A DNA stretch of 64,000 nucleotides. Origin: a plasmid. The number at the start of each line of letters is the position of its first letter. The first letter of the stretch is position 1. Shown one piece after another: positions 48,138 through 58,681 of this stretch. Where the stretch lies: the sequence record CP089609.1; one strand, given 5' to 3'. The notes beneath the pieces are model-generated. The model worked only from the letters and a program-made list of their open reading frames with translations, was not told the DNA's origin and did no database searches. Both the position numbers and the translations under genes were made by a program.

Positions 48138-50290
48138 ATGCAGACCGCTTACACCGCACGAGTTCTCGACCCAACCCAGCCCGGCGACAACGCCCTGCTC
48201 GACGAGCTCCGCGCCGACCCGACATCGACTTCCTCGACGACCACGACGCCCAGCTGGAAAGTCTGCGCGCACTTCGCCCCGCACCGCCCGAGGAGCTGCT
48301 GGGCGAAGATCGACGATGGGCCTACTACCCGTGGCGGCGTGCAGTCGTGGCTGTGCTCGGCCCGCGGGGATTTCAGGCATTGCGGCTCGATCGCAATCGC
48401 AACAACATCACGGCTGAAGAGCAAACCAGGCTCAGCACTCTGACGATTGGTGTGGCTGGTCTCAGCGTGGGCCACGTCATCGCCCACACGCTGGCCGCCC
48501 AAGGGCTCTGCGGCAAACTGCGCCTGGCTGACTTCGATCACCTGGAGCTGTCCAATCTCAACCGGGTGCCGGCCACGGTCTTCGACCTTGGCATCAACAA
48601 GGCCGTCGTCGCGGCCCGCAGAATCGCCGAGCTCGACCCCTACCTACCCGTCGAGGTGGTCGACACCGGCCTCAACGCCGACACACTCGACGACTTCCTC
48701 ACCGGACTCGACATCGCCGTCGAGGAATGCGATTCCCTCGACATCAAAGCCCTGCTGCGCGTCGCAGCCCGCGACCGCAAGATCCCGGTGCTCATGGCCA
48801 CCAGCGACCGCGGCATCGTCGACGTCGAACGATTCGACCAAGAACCCGAGCGCCCGATCCTGCACGGACTGCTCGGGCAACTCGACATTGATCTTCTGCC
48901 CGGCATGACCAGCCGCGAAAAGATCCCCCACGTGCTGCGTCATCTGGAAGCCGAACGCCTGTCGCCCCGCACCGCAGCATCCCTCATCGAGATCGACCGC
49001 TCCCTGTCCACCTGGCCACAGCTGGCTTCCGACGTCATCATCGGCGCGGCCGCGATCGCCGAAGCTGTACGCAGAATCGGACTCGGCGAAGAACTCCGAT
49101 CCGGCCGCAGCCGCATCGACGTCAGCTGGGCGCTGGGCCAGATCCACGAGCCCGACATGGCGCATCGCTACGAAACGACCACCGACGAGCCGAACACCCC
49201 ACAGGCTCTCACCGGCGGCCCACTCGAACACCTCGCTACAGCCGCCATGCGCGCGCCTTCCGGCGGCAACACTCAGCCCTGGCAGATCGCTCTCACCGAA
49301 GACTCCATCACGGTCGGTATCGACCCCGACCACACCTCGACCATGGACATTGAGTTCCGCGGCAGCGCCGTCGCCCTGGGTGCAGCACTGCTGAACATCA
49401 CGATCGCGGCCGCCGAACACCACGTGCTCGGCCCCATTACGGTCACCGATGCCGGCAGAGCGCCGCTGCAGGCCACTATGCGCACCACCGCCGGCGGCGA
49501 CGATCCCGCACTCGCGCGCCTTTACAAGCCCATGCTGGCGCGCGAATCCAACCGCCACCACGGGACCCCCAAGCCGCTCGACGACACCACCATCACAGCG
49601 CTCACCGCGGTGGCCGAACAGCACAACGCACGGCTGCGCCTTCTCACCCAGCGTGACGACATCGCCCAGGCCGCAACGATCCTCGCTGCGGCCGACCGGA
49701 TACGATTCCTGACCCCACGCCTACACCAGGAGATGATCTCCGAGCTTCGCTGGCCCGGCGACCCGGACCCCGACACGGGCATCGATGTCCGCAGCCTCGA
49801 ATTCGATCCCGGCGAGATGGCCGTCCTCGATGTCCTACGTCGCCCCGACGTCATGGAACAACTCGCCGAATGGGACGCCGGATCCGCACTCGGCGACGAC
49901 ATGCGAGACCGCGTCCTGGCCAGCTCAGCTCTCGCGGTCGTCACCGTAACCGGCAACGACCTACGCGCCTACGCCGCGGGCGGGTCAGCAGTCGAAGCCG
50001 TATGGATCGCCGCTCAACAACAAGGATTCGGCGTCCAGCCGGTATCCCCAGTCTTCCTCTACGCACACACACAAGCCGAACTCGAGGAACTCTCCGCGCC
50101 CTTCGCGACCGAATTGGCCGAATTGCAAAGCGAATTCAACATTCTGACGAACCTGGGACCAGACGAATCGATCGCCCTGATTCTGCGGCTGGCCGTCGCA
50201 CCGCCGGCATCGCTACCGAGCCGACGCAACATCAGCCGAGTACGTAGCGCAACGACAACAACCCACCCACTCTCCAAGGGACCTTGGTGA
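48138..50290 (+). CDS. ThiF/MoeB-like E1 domain fused to nitroreductase-like domain (MoeY-like); apparent -1 frameshift in CCC run 48218-48220
   Basis: Rossmann LTIGVAGLSVGHVIAHTLAAQG; nitroreductase-like SGGNTQPW; N-terminal 26 codons in frame 0 then frame 2. Confidence 0.6.
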
Positions 50291-50357
50291 CAATTAGGGG
50301 TGTCATCCCGGTAGGAGACGCTGATCGCCGTGCTCGACATCGGCATGGCCGCGGCGG

Positions 50358-50714
50358 ATGATGAGAAGCGTGGACAGCGTCGATCATGACGCGATGATCG
50401 CCAAGCTCGCAGCAGACCTGGCTGGGTTGGTCACGTTCACCAAAGCCGAACAGATCGGCCAAGGACCAAACGGCAAACACGCCGAGTGGCTCGACCACAT
50501 GCTGGACGAGCTAGAGCCGATGGCCGAATGGGCCTACGATCTAGACACCTCCCGCGCCATCCGTCACCTCTTCGGACTCCACGGCAACGGCCCCTGGACA
50601 ACTCGTCAGATCACCAAGATGACCGGCCGCGACAAGGACTCGGTGCACCGAGTCGTTGTCGACCTCACCAAGGCCGGCATCCTGACAGCGAATCACCCGG
50701 ACGAAAAGACCTGA
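50358..50714 (+). CDS. small HTH protein
   Basis: WTTRQITKMTGRDKDSVHRVVVDLTKAGIL; paralog of 59508 gene. Confidence 0.5.
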   Translation: MMRSVDSVDHDAMIAKLAADLAGLVTFTKAEQIGQGPNGKHAEWLDHMLDELEPMAEWAYDLDTSRAIRHLFGLHGNGPWTTRQITKMTGRDKDSVHRVVVDLTKAGILTANHPDEKT

Positions 50715-51312
50715 CCCGCACTACTGAAACGGACCTGCCAAGCCCTCAATTCCGTGCGAAAAACCGGAACACCGCCAGGTCAGAGACGTGCCCGTCCGGA
50801 CAAGCGGACGCCACGCCGCCCGGTATAAAACCTGGTATAAATTCCGCGGTTTCATCCGCGAGCCAGTCCCGTTCTTCCCCGGAGGCCATGTCCAGTTCGG
50901 GACATCACATGCGCGGCGCCCGAATAGAAACGGATCGTGTTCGTCCGCGGGCAACGCGCAATCGCACCGCATCACCGCAGTGGCACCGAATAATGAGGTG
51001 GCGGGGCTCTGCGTAAACGCGAGAATTTGGCAAAGGCGTCTCCATGACCCCTTCTAATCCATTGGGTGAGAGGCGACCTGCGCAGAGCCTCGCCCCAAAC
51101 GAAACGAGGAGCTCGCGCGGGCATGCGCGGGAAGGTGACCTCTCTGCCGACCACAGCCTGATTTAACGTGGCGCGATCGCCAAACCTTGGCCGCACGCGG
51201 CCACTCCAGTTAGGCGCACCCATCCAAATCAGCAACGCGTACTGCATAACGATACGTGCCATACTGTATTAGCAGATGTCATCATTGCTGATGCCACTTA
51301 GTCTCTACACCT

Positions 51313-51723
51313 ATGGAAGACGGAACGTCTTGCAGTGACGAAGATCAGGTCCGCGCCGCCGCCCTCCAAGCCGCCCGGCGAATCGCCAGCAACCGCATCA
51401 CGAACCGTCTCACCGCAGCCGGCATGACGCTGCCAGGCGACGCCGAAGACATCACCGCAGTGCTGCTCGCCGCAGACCCCACCAACCCCCAGTGGGGCGC
51501 ACTGTCTGCATACCGACTCGACTGGACCCTGGACGTGCTGTCCCTCATCTCCAACGCCCTCGTCGAACGGCGCCGCCAGCGCATCCGCACACCCGACGTC
51601 GACGCGGTAGCAGCCGCCGGAGAAGCCGGCGCAACGTGGAAACAGATCGGCGAATCCGTCGGCTCTGCCCCGCAGTCGCCCACAGCCGATACCGCCAGCG
51701 CCTCTGACCCTCCAGCGCAATGA
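51313..51723 (+). CDS. hypothetical protein
   Basis: 136-aa ORF after a ~590-bp lower-GC non-coding region. Confidence 0.4.
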   Translation: MEDGTSCSDEDQVRAAALQAARRIASNRITNRLTAAGMTLPGDAEDITAVLLAADPTNPQWGALSAYRLDWTLDVLSLISNALVERRRQRIRTPDVDAVAAAGEAGATWKQIGESVGSAPQSPTADTASASDPPAQ

Positions 51724-52184
51724 CACCGGGAAAGGAACCAATGCACCCAGGAACACCTTCCTCAGTTCCGGCTCCGCTGCTGGTATATGCGGTCGCCAGC
51801 CACCCCGACAGCGGCGAGCTCCAGCCGATGCGATCAAGCATGGTCACACTGCATCGCGGTGCCGCGGAGGCCGAGCTCGCCAAGTCAGGCGATCAACACG
51901 CGGTCCTCATCGAGCAGAGGATGCTGCCCTGGGCACCAGCAACCGAAAGTGAGCATCAATCCGCGCTATACGAGTACACCGTCGGCTACAGCGACGACGG
52001 TAAGCACTACACCCCCTGGGGTCTGTCTTTCTCCACCACCCGTTCGGCCATCGAGGACGAACTGGCCACCGTCCAGACCGCCATCGCCGAATCCAACGCC
52101 GACGAGTCATTCGACGTGCTCATGCTCGAACGCCCCGTCTTCCCGTGGTACATCGCACGCCCAAGAGCCATACCGCTGAGCTGA
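51720..52184 (+). CDS. hypothetical protein
   Basis: ATGA overlap. Confidence 0.45.
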   Translation: MTPGKEPMHPGTPSSVPAPLLVYAVASHPDSGELQPMRSSMVTLHRGAAEAELAKSGDQHAVLIEQRMLPWAPATESEHQSALYEYTVGYSDDGKHYTPWGLSFSTTRSAIEDELATVQTAIAESNADESFDVLMLERPVFPWYIARPRAIPLS

Positions 52185-52233
52185 ATTCACTGCGCGAACA
52201 CCGAACAGGCGTCAGCCCGCTACGCTTCACACC

Positions 52234-52911
52234 ATGTCAGACGTCATGGATTGGGACGCCGCCTACCGCGGCCACATCTTCGCCGGCCCTCCCCCATGGA
52301 ACATCGGCAAACCCCAACCCGCGATCGCCAACCTCATCGCCACCGGCCAGGTCCAAGACCCCGTCCTCGACGCGGGCTGCGGCATCGGCGATCTCACCAT
52401 CGCACTCGCGCAAGCCGGCCACACTGTCACCGGCATCGACATCTCCACCGAAGCCATCACCCACGCCACCCAACAAGCCAGCGACCTCGGCCTCACCGCC
52501 CGATTCATCCAAGGCGACGCGCGCGACCTGGCCGCTCTCGGCCTGGGCGAACCTCAGTTCAACACTGTTATCGACTGCACCCTGTTTCACTCGCTGCCCC
52601 TCGACGCGCGCGACGACTACCTTCGCGGCATCTCCACTGCAACCAATCCTGGCGGGCGCCTCTACCTCCTGGTGTTCACCACCGACTCGCTGCCGGTCGA
52701 TTCGCCCTGCCCTGTGCCCAACCTGGTGACCGAAGCCGAAGTCCGCGACGCCGTCGCCAAGCACTGGACCGTCGACACCATCGACCCCTCCCACGTCGCG
52801 GTCCGACTTCCCGACATCCCCAACCTTCCCGAACACAACTTCCGCACCGACGCAGACGGCCTCACCTACCTACCAGCCCTGTTCCTCACCGCCCACACGC
52901 CGACCCCGTGA
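52234..52911 (+). CDS. class I SAM-dependent methyltransferase (TPMT/TehB-like)
   Basis: motif I VLDAGCGIGDLT. Confidence 0.65.
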   Translation: MSDVMDWDAAYRGHIFAGPPPWNIGKPQPAIANLIATGQVQDPVLDAGCGIGDLTIALAQAGHTVTGIDISTEAITHATQQASDLGLTARFIQGDARDLAALGLGEPQFNTVIDCTLFHSLPLDARDDYLRGISTATNPGGRLYLLVFTTDSLPVDSPCPVPNLVTEAEVRDAVAKHWTVDTIDPSHVAVRLPDIPNLPEHNFRTDADGLTYLPALFLTAHTPTP

Positions 52912-52977
52912 CCGCGCTGCGCGGTATCCGGACTGGGCACGCCCTATGCGAACTCGACCTGATTCCCGGTGGCCCGG

Positions 52978-53286
52978 TTAGAGAACCTCGCCGCGGGCCA
53001 TCTCCATGTACGACGCGAGCGCGCCGGCGGGCAAGCCGTCGTCATTGAGCCAGCCAATGCGTTGAAACTTGGCGTGGATCCGTCTCTGCGTTGCGATGTT
53101 GAGCGGTATCCACGCTGTTGGGACGGCGATGTTGGCCTTGATCACTCGGAAGAGCCACCGCCATTCCATCGCGGTGAGTTCGTCGTCGCTGGCTTTGATG
53201 CGCCGTTGTTCGTCGCGCCATTGTCGGTAGCTGTCGTTGGTCGTGCCGCTGTTGTAGATGACGGTCATAGGATGATGGTGCGCCAC
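52978..53286 (-). CDS. hypothetical protein
   Basis: 102-aa ORF; operator copy 10 lies 53 bp upstream. Confidence 0.4.
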   Translation of the reverse strand: MAHHHPMTVIYNSGTTNDSYRQWRDEQRRIKASDDELTAMEWRWLFRVIKANIAVPTAWIPLNIATQRRIHAKFQRIGWLNDDGLPAGALASYMEMARGEVL

Positions 53287-53338
53287 AGGTGTGACATCCG
53301 ACGCCGGATGTTCCCCTGCCGGCGCTCGCGTCGAACCC

Positions 53339-53360
53339 GATACACCGCATCAGGTGTATC
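53339..53360. promoter_or_regulatory. palindromic operator copy 10 (GATACACCgcatcaGGTGTATC)
   Basis: 8-bp arms. Confidence 0.55.
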
Positions 53361-53372
53361 TACTTCGGTAGT

Positions 53373-53697
53373 CATCCATCACCACCACCCGCTGCCCGAA
53401 TACCCGCGTCACGCAATCCGCGAAGAAGACCCAGTTGGGCCTCGATATCGGCGACGGGGCCTGCGGACAACAGGTATCTCTCCGAGACACCGAAGAACCT
53501 CGCGATGGCGCTCAGCTCCGCAGTGGTCGGGTCGGTCTTGTCCCCGAGCGCAACGCCTCCAAGTCCTCCACACCGATATGCACGCCGCTCTGGTCGGATA
53601 TCGCCTCAGCGGCAGCACGCGTCGACACGGGAGGTTCGCCACGCTTGTGCATGACCTCGAACAGCCGATTGATCTTCGTCGCGTGGCTCACCGTCAC
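53373..53697 (-). CDS. XRE-family HTH regulator; apparent -1 frameshift in CCCC run 53542-53545
   Basis: HTH VSTRAAAEAISDQSGVHIGVEDLEALRSG in one frame, C-terminal TTAELSAIARFFGVSERYLL in the next. Confidence 0.5.
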
Positions 53698-53768
53698 CTC
53701 TCCCGATTCGACCCCCGCGCTGACTTTCCCCTCGAGCCTAGCCGTAGCTGTTTCGATTCTTGCGAATT

Positions 53769-54250
53769 ATGATTGGCGGTATGGGCATCACCGCAGATCA
53801 AACGATCCTGCCCCGGACGTCGATTCGAGCAGCCAAGCTCTGCTCGACAAACTCGCCGACCTTCTCAACGGCGATGCCGAGGTGTCACTGACCACCGCAG
53901 ACGGACGTTCCGTCACGCTCCCCGAGGAGCTGCGCGCGGTCCTGGCACACGCTGACGCAGCCCTCAGCCAGGGACAAGCCGTTACCGTCGAACCACGCCG
54001 CGTAGTTCTGTCCACACAAGAAGCCGCCGACATTCTCGGCGTCTCACGACCAACACTGATCAAGCTGCTCGAATCGGGTGATATCCCATTCACCAAACCC
54101 AACAGACACCGCCGCCTACTCCTGGCCGACGTCCTCACCTACCAGCAACAAGTCCACACCCAACGCAGCACCATCCTGTCCGAGATGAGTGCTGAGGCCG
54201 CAGAACACGACGCCTACGGGAAACTCTCCGAGTTCACCGAAACCCGTTGA
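53769..54250 (+). CDS. Xis/MerR-type HTH antitoxin (VapB-like partner of PIN gene); apparent -1 frameshift in CCCC run 53811-53814
   Basis: C-terminal LSTQEAADILGVSRPTLIKLLESGDIPFTKPNRHRRL HTH; stop overlaps PIN gene start. Confidence 0.55.
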
Positions 54251-55251
54251 CCGTGACCAAGATCCGCGTCCTCCTGGACGCATGTGTCCTCGTGCCCTAT
54301 CAGTTGGCCGATCTGCTCATGCGCCTGTCCGACGACGAACTCTACGAACTGCTCTGGTCGCAGCAGATCCTCACCGAAGTCGGACGCAACCTCGTCAAAC
54401 TCGACGTCCCACCAGAGAAGGCAGCTCGACGCATTTCCCAAATGCGCGCCGCGTTCCCACACGCCGTAGTCGACGGCTACGAGGATCTCATCGACGCGAT
54501 GCGAGTCGATCCGAAAGACCGCCACGTGGCTGCGGCCGCGGTCCGCGGCGGCGCCGCCATAATCGTGACCGCCAACCTCAAAGACTTTCCACCAAATACA
54601 TTGGCACCCTACGATATTGAGCCTGTCCACCCCGACGAATTCCTACTTGATCAGCTCGACCTGGCCGAACAATCGACGATCGAATGCCTCCAGAACCATC
54701 GCACCGCCTACACACGGCCTGCCTTCACGATCACCGAGTACTACCTGGCCCTGGCCAGGACCGTCCCCAAGTTCGCAGCAGCCGCGAGCCGAGCTGAGAT
54801 ACGGTTCGGCGGGTGGCCGACCGCCGGCCCACTGCCGATCGAAACCGACCCAAGCGAATCCGGCGCGGCCGCACTCTTCGAAACAGCCGGACCACCTGGG
54901 ACAACACCGATGAGCGCTGCAGCAATTTGGTTCACCGCCCTCAATGATCGCGCGCAATCCGCCGACGTCCTGGCCGCCCTGACTCTCAACCCCGCCCTCT
55001 GGGGGAAATTCGAGACCGCCGCCAACATGCTCGCTGGCTGCGGCCTGGCCAACATCGTTGAACGCTGCCCCGGACACGACGACATCCGCTACCTCAAATT
55101 CGTTCCCCACATCGAACAGTCGGGACGCGCATTCACCACTGTCGCACTGGAAAACGCCAGGATCCTCACCATGGTGTTGCGCCCAGACGGCATCTGGCGA
55201 GCCTGGGGCCTGACCGAGCACTTTCCAGATGCCCGCGACATCAAGAGCTGA
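54247..55251 (+). CDS. PIN-domain (VapC-like) protein with long C-terminal extension
   Basis: VLLDACVLVP N-terminus and DRHVAAAAVRGGAAIIVTANLKDF PIN C-terminal motif. Confidence 0.7.
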   Translation: MTVTKIRVLLDACVLVPYQLADLLMRLSDDELYELLWSQQILTEVGRNLVKLDVPPEKAARRISQMRAAFPHAVVDGYEDLIDAMRVDPKDRHVAAAAVRGGAAIIVTANLKDFPPNTLAPYDIEPVHPDEFLLDQLDLAEQSTIECLQNHRTAYTRPAFTITEYYLALARTVPKFAAAASRAEIRFGGWPTAGPLPIETDPSESGAAALFETAGPPGTTPMSAAAIWFTALNDRAQSADVLAALTLNPALWGKFETAANMLAGCGLANIVERCPGHDDIRYLKFVPHIEQSGRAFTTVALENARILTMVLRPDGIWRAWGLTEHFPDARDIKS

Positions 55252-55295
55252 CGAACCGTCCGGGATCAACGCCGCGGCCGGCAGGCCGACGGCTC

Positions 55296-55586
55296 TCAAT
55301 CCAGTGACGGGGCTGGCTCGACGCGCAGAATCCGGATATCTCCCGGGCGTTCGCCGGTAGTCCAGAGAACCATCCAGCTCGCACCGTCATCGATATCGAC
55401 GACTCTGCCCCACACGGTGGGCGTTCCGGTGAACTGGCTGGCGCCGACACGGTGCCGCTCAGGGGAGAGCTCCAGCTGGCTGAGGATGGTTTTGACCGCG
55501 GCCAGGACTGCCCGTTCGTAGCGGTTGGAACTCGCAGACAACGTGGTCAGGCGATCGGCAGCCTCGGGCGTGAACGTGAGCGGCAT
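55296..55586 (-). CDS. possible RelE/ParE-like toxin
   Basis: C-terminal VWGRVVDIDDGASWMVLWTTGERPGDIRILRV resembles RelE/ParE core; tentative. Confidence 0.35.
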   Translation of the reverse strand: MPLTFTPEAADRLTTLSASSNRYERAVLAAVKTILSQLELSPERHRVGASQFTGTPTVWGRVVDIDDGASWMVLWTTGERPGDIRILRVEPAPSLD

Positions 55587-55759
55587 CAGTGGTTGAACCT
55601 TTCGTCCGGCCGAGGCAATGGCCACACTACACGCCAGACACCTTTTTGCCGATTCCCCTATTTAGGCATTACCCCTATAAGGCGAATTGGACCTATACTA
55701 GAAGCCAAATCCACTCACACGCCGACACCGACCCAAACACCGAGAACACAGGAATCCCC

Positions 55760-55996
55760 ATGACCAACCTGGTCAAGATCGACGCCCAACGCCGCATCAC
55801 CCTCCCCAAAACCGCCACCACCCACGACCTCTACATGATCGACACCAGCTCCGACGGCACCATCACCCTCACCCCCGCCATCGTCCGCTCAGCACTCGAA
55901 GACGCCCTCCGCGCCAAGCCCGGCTACATGGAAGCCCTCGAACGCGACGCCACCGACCCCAGCCGCGACGTGTCGCTGGACTGGAAAAGCCTGTGA
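55760..55996 (+). CDS. AbrB/MazE-like (looped-hinge-helix) antitoxin-type protein
   Basis: LVKIDAQRRITLPK SpoVT/AbrB signature; AGGAA RBS. Confidence 0.5.
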   Translation: MTNLVKIDAQRRITLPKTATTHDLYMIDTSSDGTITLTPAIVRSALEDALRAKPGYMEALERDATDPSRDVSLDWKSL

Positions 55997-56160
55997 ACCT
56001 CACAACCCGGGCTTGACCCCGCCCTCCCAGACGAGGGTTGCGCCCCCAACCACGCCAAACGTGCACCACGACCAAGACGTCTTGGGAGTAGGCCGATTGG
56101 ACAGGTCAGTACCGCTCAGCGCCCGGCCAACCTTCAGAAGTTGGCGATGGGAGATCTCAT

Positions 56161-56560
56161 TCAGCGATGGCGATCACGCCACCGCGGCAACCCCATTTTG
56201 TAGGCCCGATCAACCTGGTCCATCTCACCAACGATGGCATCCACGCGTGCACGCCGCTCAGGATCCTCGAGTGCCTTAGCAAGGCGGTCATTACCGCGAA
56301 TGAAGGACTCAGCCATTTCGATCCTCCTCCGATTGAATCTGATACTTCCACTTGCCGATCGCATCGTCGGCGCGACCTGTCGTAAAACACGTCACCCATA
56401 CGCGCCTTGTCGCCGGCGAACAGGGCGACGACCCGGCTATCGTCGGCAAACCACACGATCATCCGGATCGCGATATCCAGGCCTCCTGGCCCGACTCGAC
56501 CTATCTTCTGGCGAACACCGCTGAATCGTTCGGATCGCTCGACTCAATGACCAGCACTTT
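56161..56560 (-). CDS. RelE/ParE-family toxin-antitoxin module remnant: frame-broken toxin (IRMIVWFADDSRVVALFAGDKARMGDVFYD) followed by small antitoxin-like ORF 56161..56316 (MAESFIRGNDRLAKALEDPERRARVD)
   Basis: toxin-like segment needs two 1-nt corrections; GGAGGAGG RBS before antitoxin ATG; TA-style overlap in a third frame. Confidence 0.35.
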
Positions 56561-56703
56561 CATCGAATCCGCCCTGTTCGCGTACAAGCATCCGCTCGAC
56601 CAAAAGCTCACGGCAGCAGCAGCGCAGTGTCGCCTGGAGCCGATTAGGTACCAGACTGGTACCACACAGTGGTACTGTACTGGTACCTACCAAAGGAGCA
56701 GCC

Positions 56704-56901
56704 ATGCCCGCGCTAAATGTGGACTTTTCCGACGAAGAACTGGCTGTCGTCCGCCAAGCGGCCAGCGGGGCTGGCACATCGATGCGCAGCTTCGCCAAGC
56801 GGGCAATCCTCGACACCGCGCTCGACCGAACCGGCCGAGTACGTGCCCTGGCCACGGAGATCGCGCAGACATCCGCCGAGCTGAACCGCCGGCTAGCGTG
56901 A
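56704..56901 (+). CDS. ribbon-helix-helix antitoxin (Phd/CopG-like) of Doc module
   Basis: MPALNVDFSDEELAVVRQAA...SMRSFAKRAIL; GTGA overlap with toxin. Confidence 0.6.
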   Translation: MPALNVDFSDEELAVVRQAASGAGTSMRSFAKRAILDTALDRTGRVRALATEIAQTSAELNRRLA

Positions 56902-57275
56902 CCGACTTCCCAAAAAGCGACGAGGTGCTAATCGCCGCCGAGTGCGCTTGCGGGTTCCGGCCCATCGTCAGGGATCCCGGCCTGTTCGAATCAAGCCTCA
57001 TGCGGCCCTCCGCAACCGTATTCGGCACCGACGCTTACCCGAGCCTGTGGGACAAGGCAGCCGCGCTACTACACTCTCTAGTCACCACACAAGCCCTGGC
57101 AGACGGAAACAAACGAACCGGCTGGGCAGCGTGCTGGCTCCTGCTGGGGCTCAACGGCATACACCTGGCAGCGCCGCTAGACGTCGACGCCGCCGAGAAG
57201 CTCGTACTCGCCATCGCCGGAAACGAACTGTCCTGGCAGGAAATCGCCTCACGCCTACCAGATTTCGCCAAATAG
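56898..57275 (+). CDS. Doc/Fic-family toxin
   Basis: Fic motif variant ALADGNKRTGW. Confidence 0.7.
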   Translation: MTDFPKSDEVLIAAECACGFRPIVRDPGLFESSLMRPSATVFGTDAYPSLWDKAAALLHSLVTTQALADGNKRTGWAACWLLLGLNGIHLAAPLDVDAAEKLVLAIAGNELSWQEIASRLPDFAK

Positions 57276-57314
57276 CGAATTGTCGACGCTCAAGGCGTCA
57301 CGGTTGGAGAAGGA

Positions 57315-57461
57315 CAAGACGACATGCCAAGCAACACCCCCACTGTCGACGAACTGATAGCCGAAGGTGTGCCCCGAAACGTGGCCGTGCTCATTCAGCC
57401 GCACCTCAACAGGTGGGCCAGCGAAGTCGGGGATCTGTCGCGGGCCATACGGCAGGCCACC
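57315..57461 (+). CDS. small hypothetical protein (48 aa)
   Basis: GGAGAAGGA RBS then ATG. Confidence 0.3.
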
Positions 57462-57587
57462 GCAACCTGACGGAAACGCGCCGAGATCCCCTGTGCCTTT
57501 GAAGCGACCCTCAGCCAGCACATCCCCTAGAACAGTCAGTCCGTCGATCCGAGACGGCTAGAGAAACAAGGAAGGAGAGTCACCCTC

Positions 57588-57827
57588 ATGAGCCACTGGG
57601 AAGGGATCATTCTCGATGGCAAGGGCCGTCAGTGCGGGTCCAGTGCCGATGCGAACGCTATCGCGCGGCCCGTGAATCAACTTGAGACGCGTGGCGACAT
57701 GGCGCGGACACCAACTCGCGAGGAATTGGCCCGCACGGTACGAGAAATCCGAGAACTCATTCGACCGTGGGGCGATGGCGATCATGCCCGGTTGATCCGT
57801 GCCGTGCTGGACCGCAACGGCGTGTAG
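57588..57827 (+). CDS. hypothetical protein
   Basis: AGGAAGGAGAG RBS. Confidence 0.4.
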   Translation: MSHWEGIILDGKGRQCGSSADANAIARPVNQLETRGDMARTPTREELARTVREIRELIRPWGDGDHARLIRAVLDRNGV

Positions 57828-57848
57828 TTGTCTAAGTAGGAGGGACCG

Positions 57849-58139
57849 ATGAACAAGAGCCAAGCGAAGGCCTTGACGACCGGGCAGCGCATCATGTGGA
57901 AGGCCGGGCGAGGCATGTGGCGCTCCGGCCGGGTGCTCGAACAGTCTCAGCACCCCGAGGCGGTTGCACTGGGCCGCATCGCCGTCAGCCACAACAATCA
58001 CGACGTTTCGTGGATTGAGCCACGCCGGCTCCATTTCGAAGAAAAGCCCTCGCCAACCCGATACGCAATCAGCCCAGCTCCGTCATCCACGACGTCAGAG
58101 CCGCCCACCCCCGGCGGCGGAAGTTCAGGTCCCAACTAA
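57849..58139 (+). CDS. hypothetical protein
   Basis: AGGAGGGA RBS. Confidence 0.4.
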   Translation: MNKSQAKALTTGQRIMWKAGRGMWRSGRVLEQSQHPEAVALGRIAVSHNNHDVSWIEPRRLHFEEKPSPTRYAISPAPSSTTSEPPTPGGGSSGPN

Positions 58140-58141
58140 CT

Positions 58142-58615
58142 GTGCTGTCTCGTGAGATTGGTTCCGTCGCGGCGGCGTCGAACTCCCGAGAAAGGTTCAA
58201 GCACGCCGATGTCGTACTGAAGGTGGAGGATGATGTCGTACTGAAGGTGGAGGATGATGTCGTACTGAAGGTGGAGGATGAAGTTGTGGAGCCATATCGG
58301 GACCCGATGGTGAGCCCCCACCACTCGGCGTCGGTGCTGATCTACAGGGGGCTGGACGACTCGCTCGCTGAATGGTGCCGGAGCCATCGGGACGTCGTCG
58401 GTGAGCTGCATAAGACGGACGCCGCTTACAGGGTTCTGTCTGCCCTGATTAACCAGCTGGTATGCCACGGCGATCGCGACGGGTTGACGGCCCTCGTGCT
58501 GGACTTGCTTGCGGATGAAAACGAGGAGCGGGCCGAAGGAGGTTGGGTCGACGACGGTCTAAACGAGGCGATTCTGTCGTCGATCGACCATCACTCAGAT
58601 GGAGTCCGCGGCTGA
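58142..58615 (+). CDS. hypothetical protein containing three tandem VVLKVEDD repeats
   Basis: GTG start; repeats encoded by 24-bp tandem array. Confidence 0.35.
   Translation: MLSREIGSVAAASNSRERFKHADVVLKVEDDVVLKVEDDVVLKVEDEVVEPYRDPMVSPHHSASVLIYRGLDDSLAEWCRSHRDVVGELHKTDAAYRVLSALINQLVCHGDRDGLTALVLDLLADENEERAEGGWVDDGLNEAILSSIDHHSDGVRG
58211..58282 (+). repeat. tandem repeat 3 x 24 bp (GTCGTACTGAAGGTGGAGGATGAT)
   Basis: two perfect copies and one with 3' variation (GATGAA). Confidence 0.85.
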
Positions 58616-58681
58616 CGACGGATTTCTCAAGTCCACCCTGCTTCAGGAAACCTGCATAACCAACGTAGCGGGACATCACAA

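Noticed and set aside
48138-48443. ORF 48138..48443 as an independent 101-aa gene
   Set aside because: Its first 26 codons are the genuine N-terminus of the ThiF-nitroreductase gene. The remainder is out-of-frame read-through created by the missing C at 48218-48220.
53435-53768. N-terminal 110 codons of ORF 53435..54250
   Set aside because: They run antisense through the XRE gene. The real antitoxin gene starts at ATG 53769/53781 in another frame and joins this frame only after the CCCC-run indel.
58211-58282. Possible CRISPR array
   Set aside because: Only three directly abutting 24-bp units with no spacers, lying within an ORF. It is a coding tandem repeat, not CRISPR.
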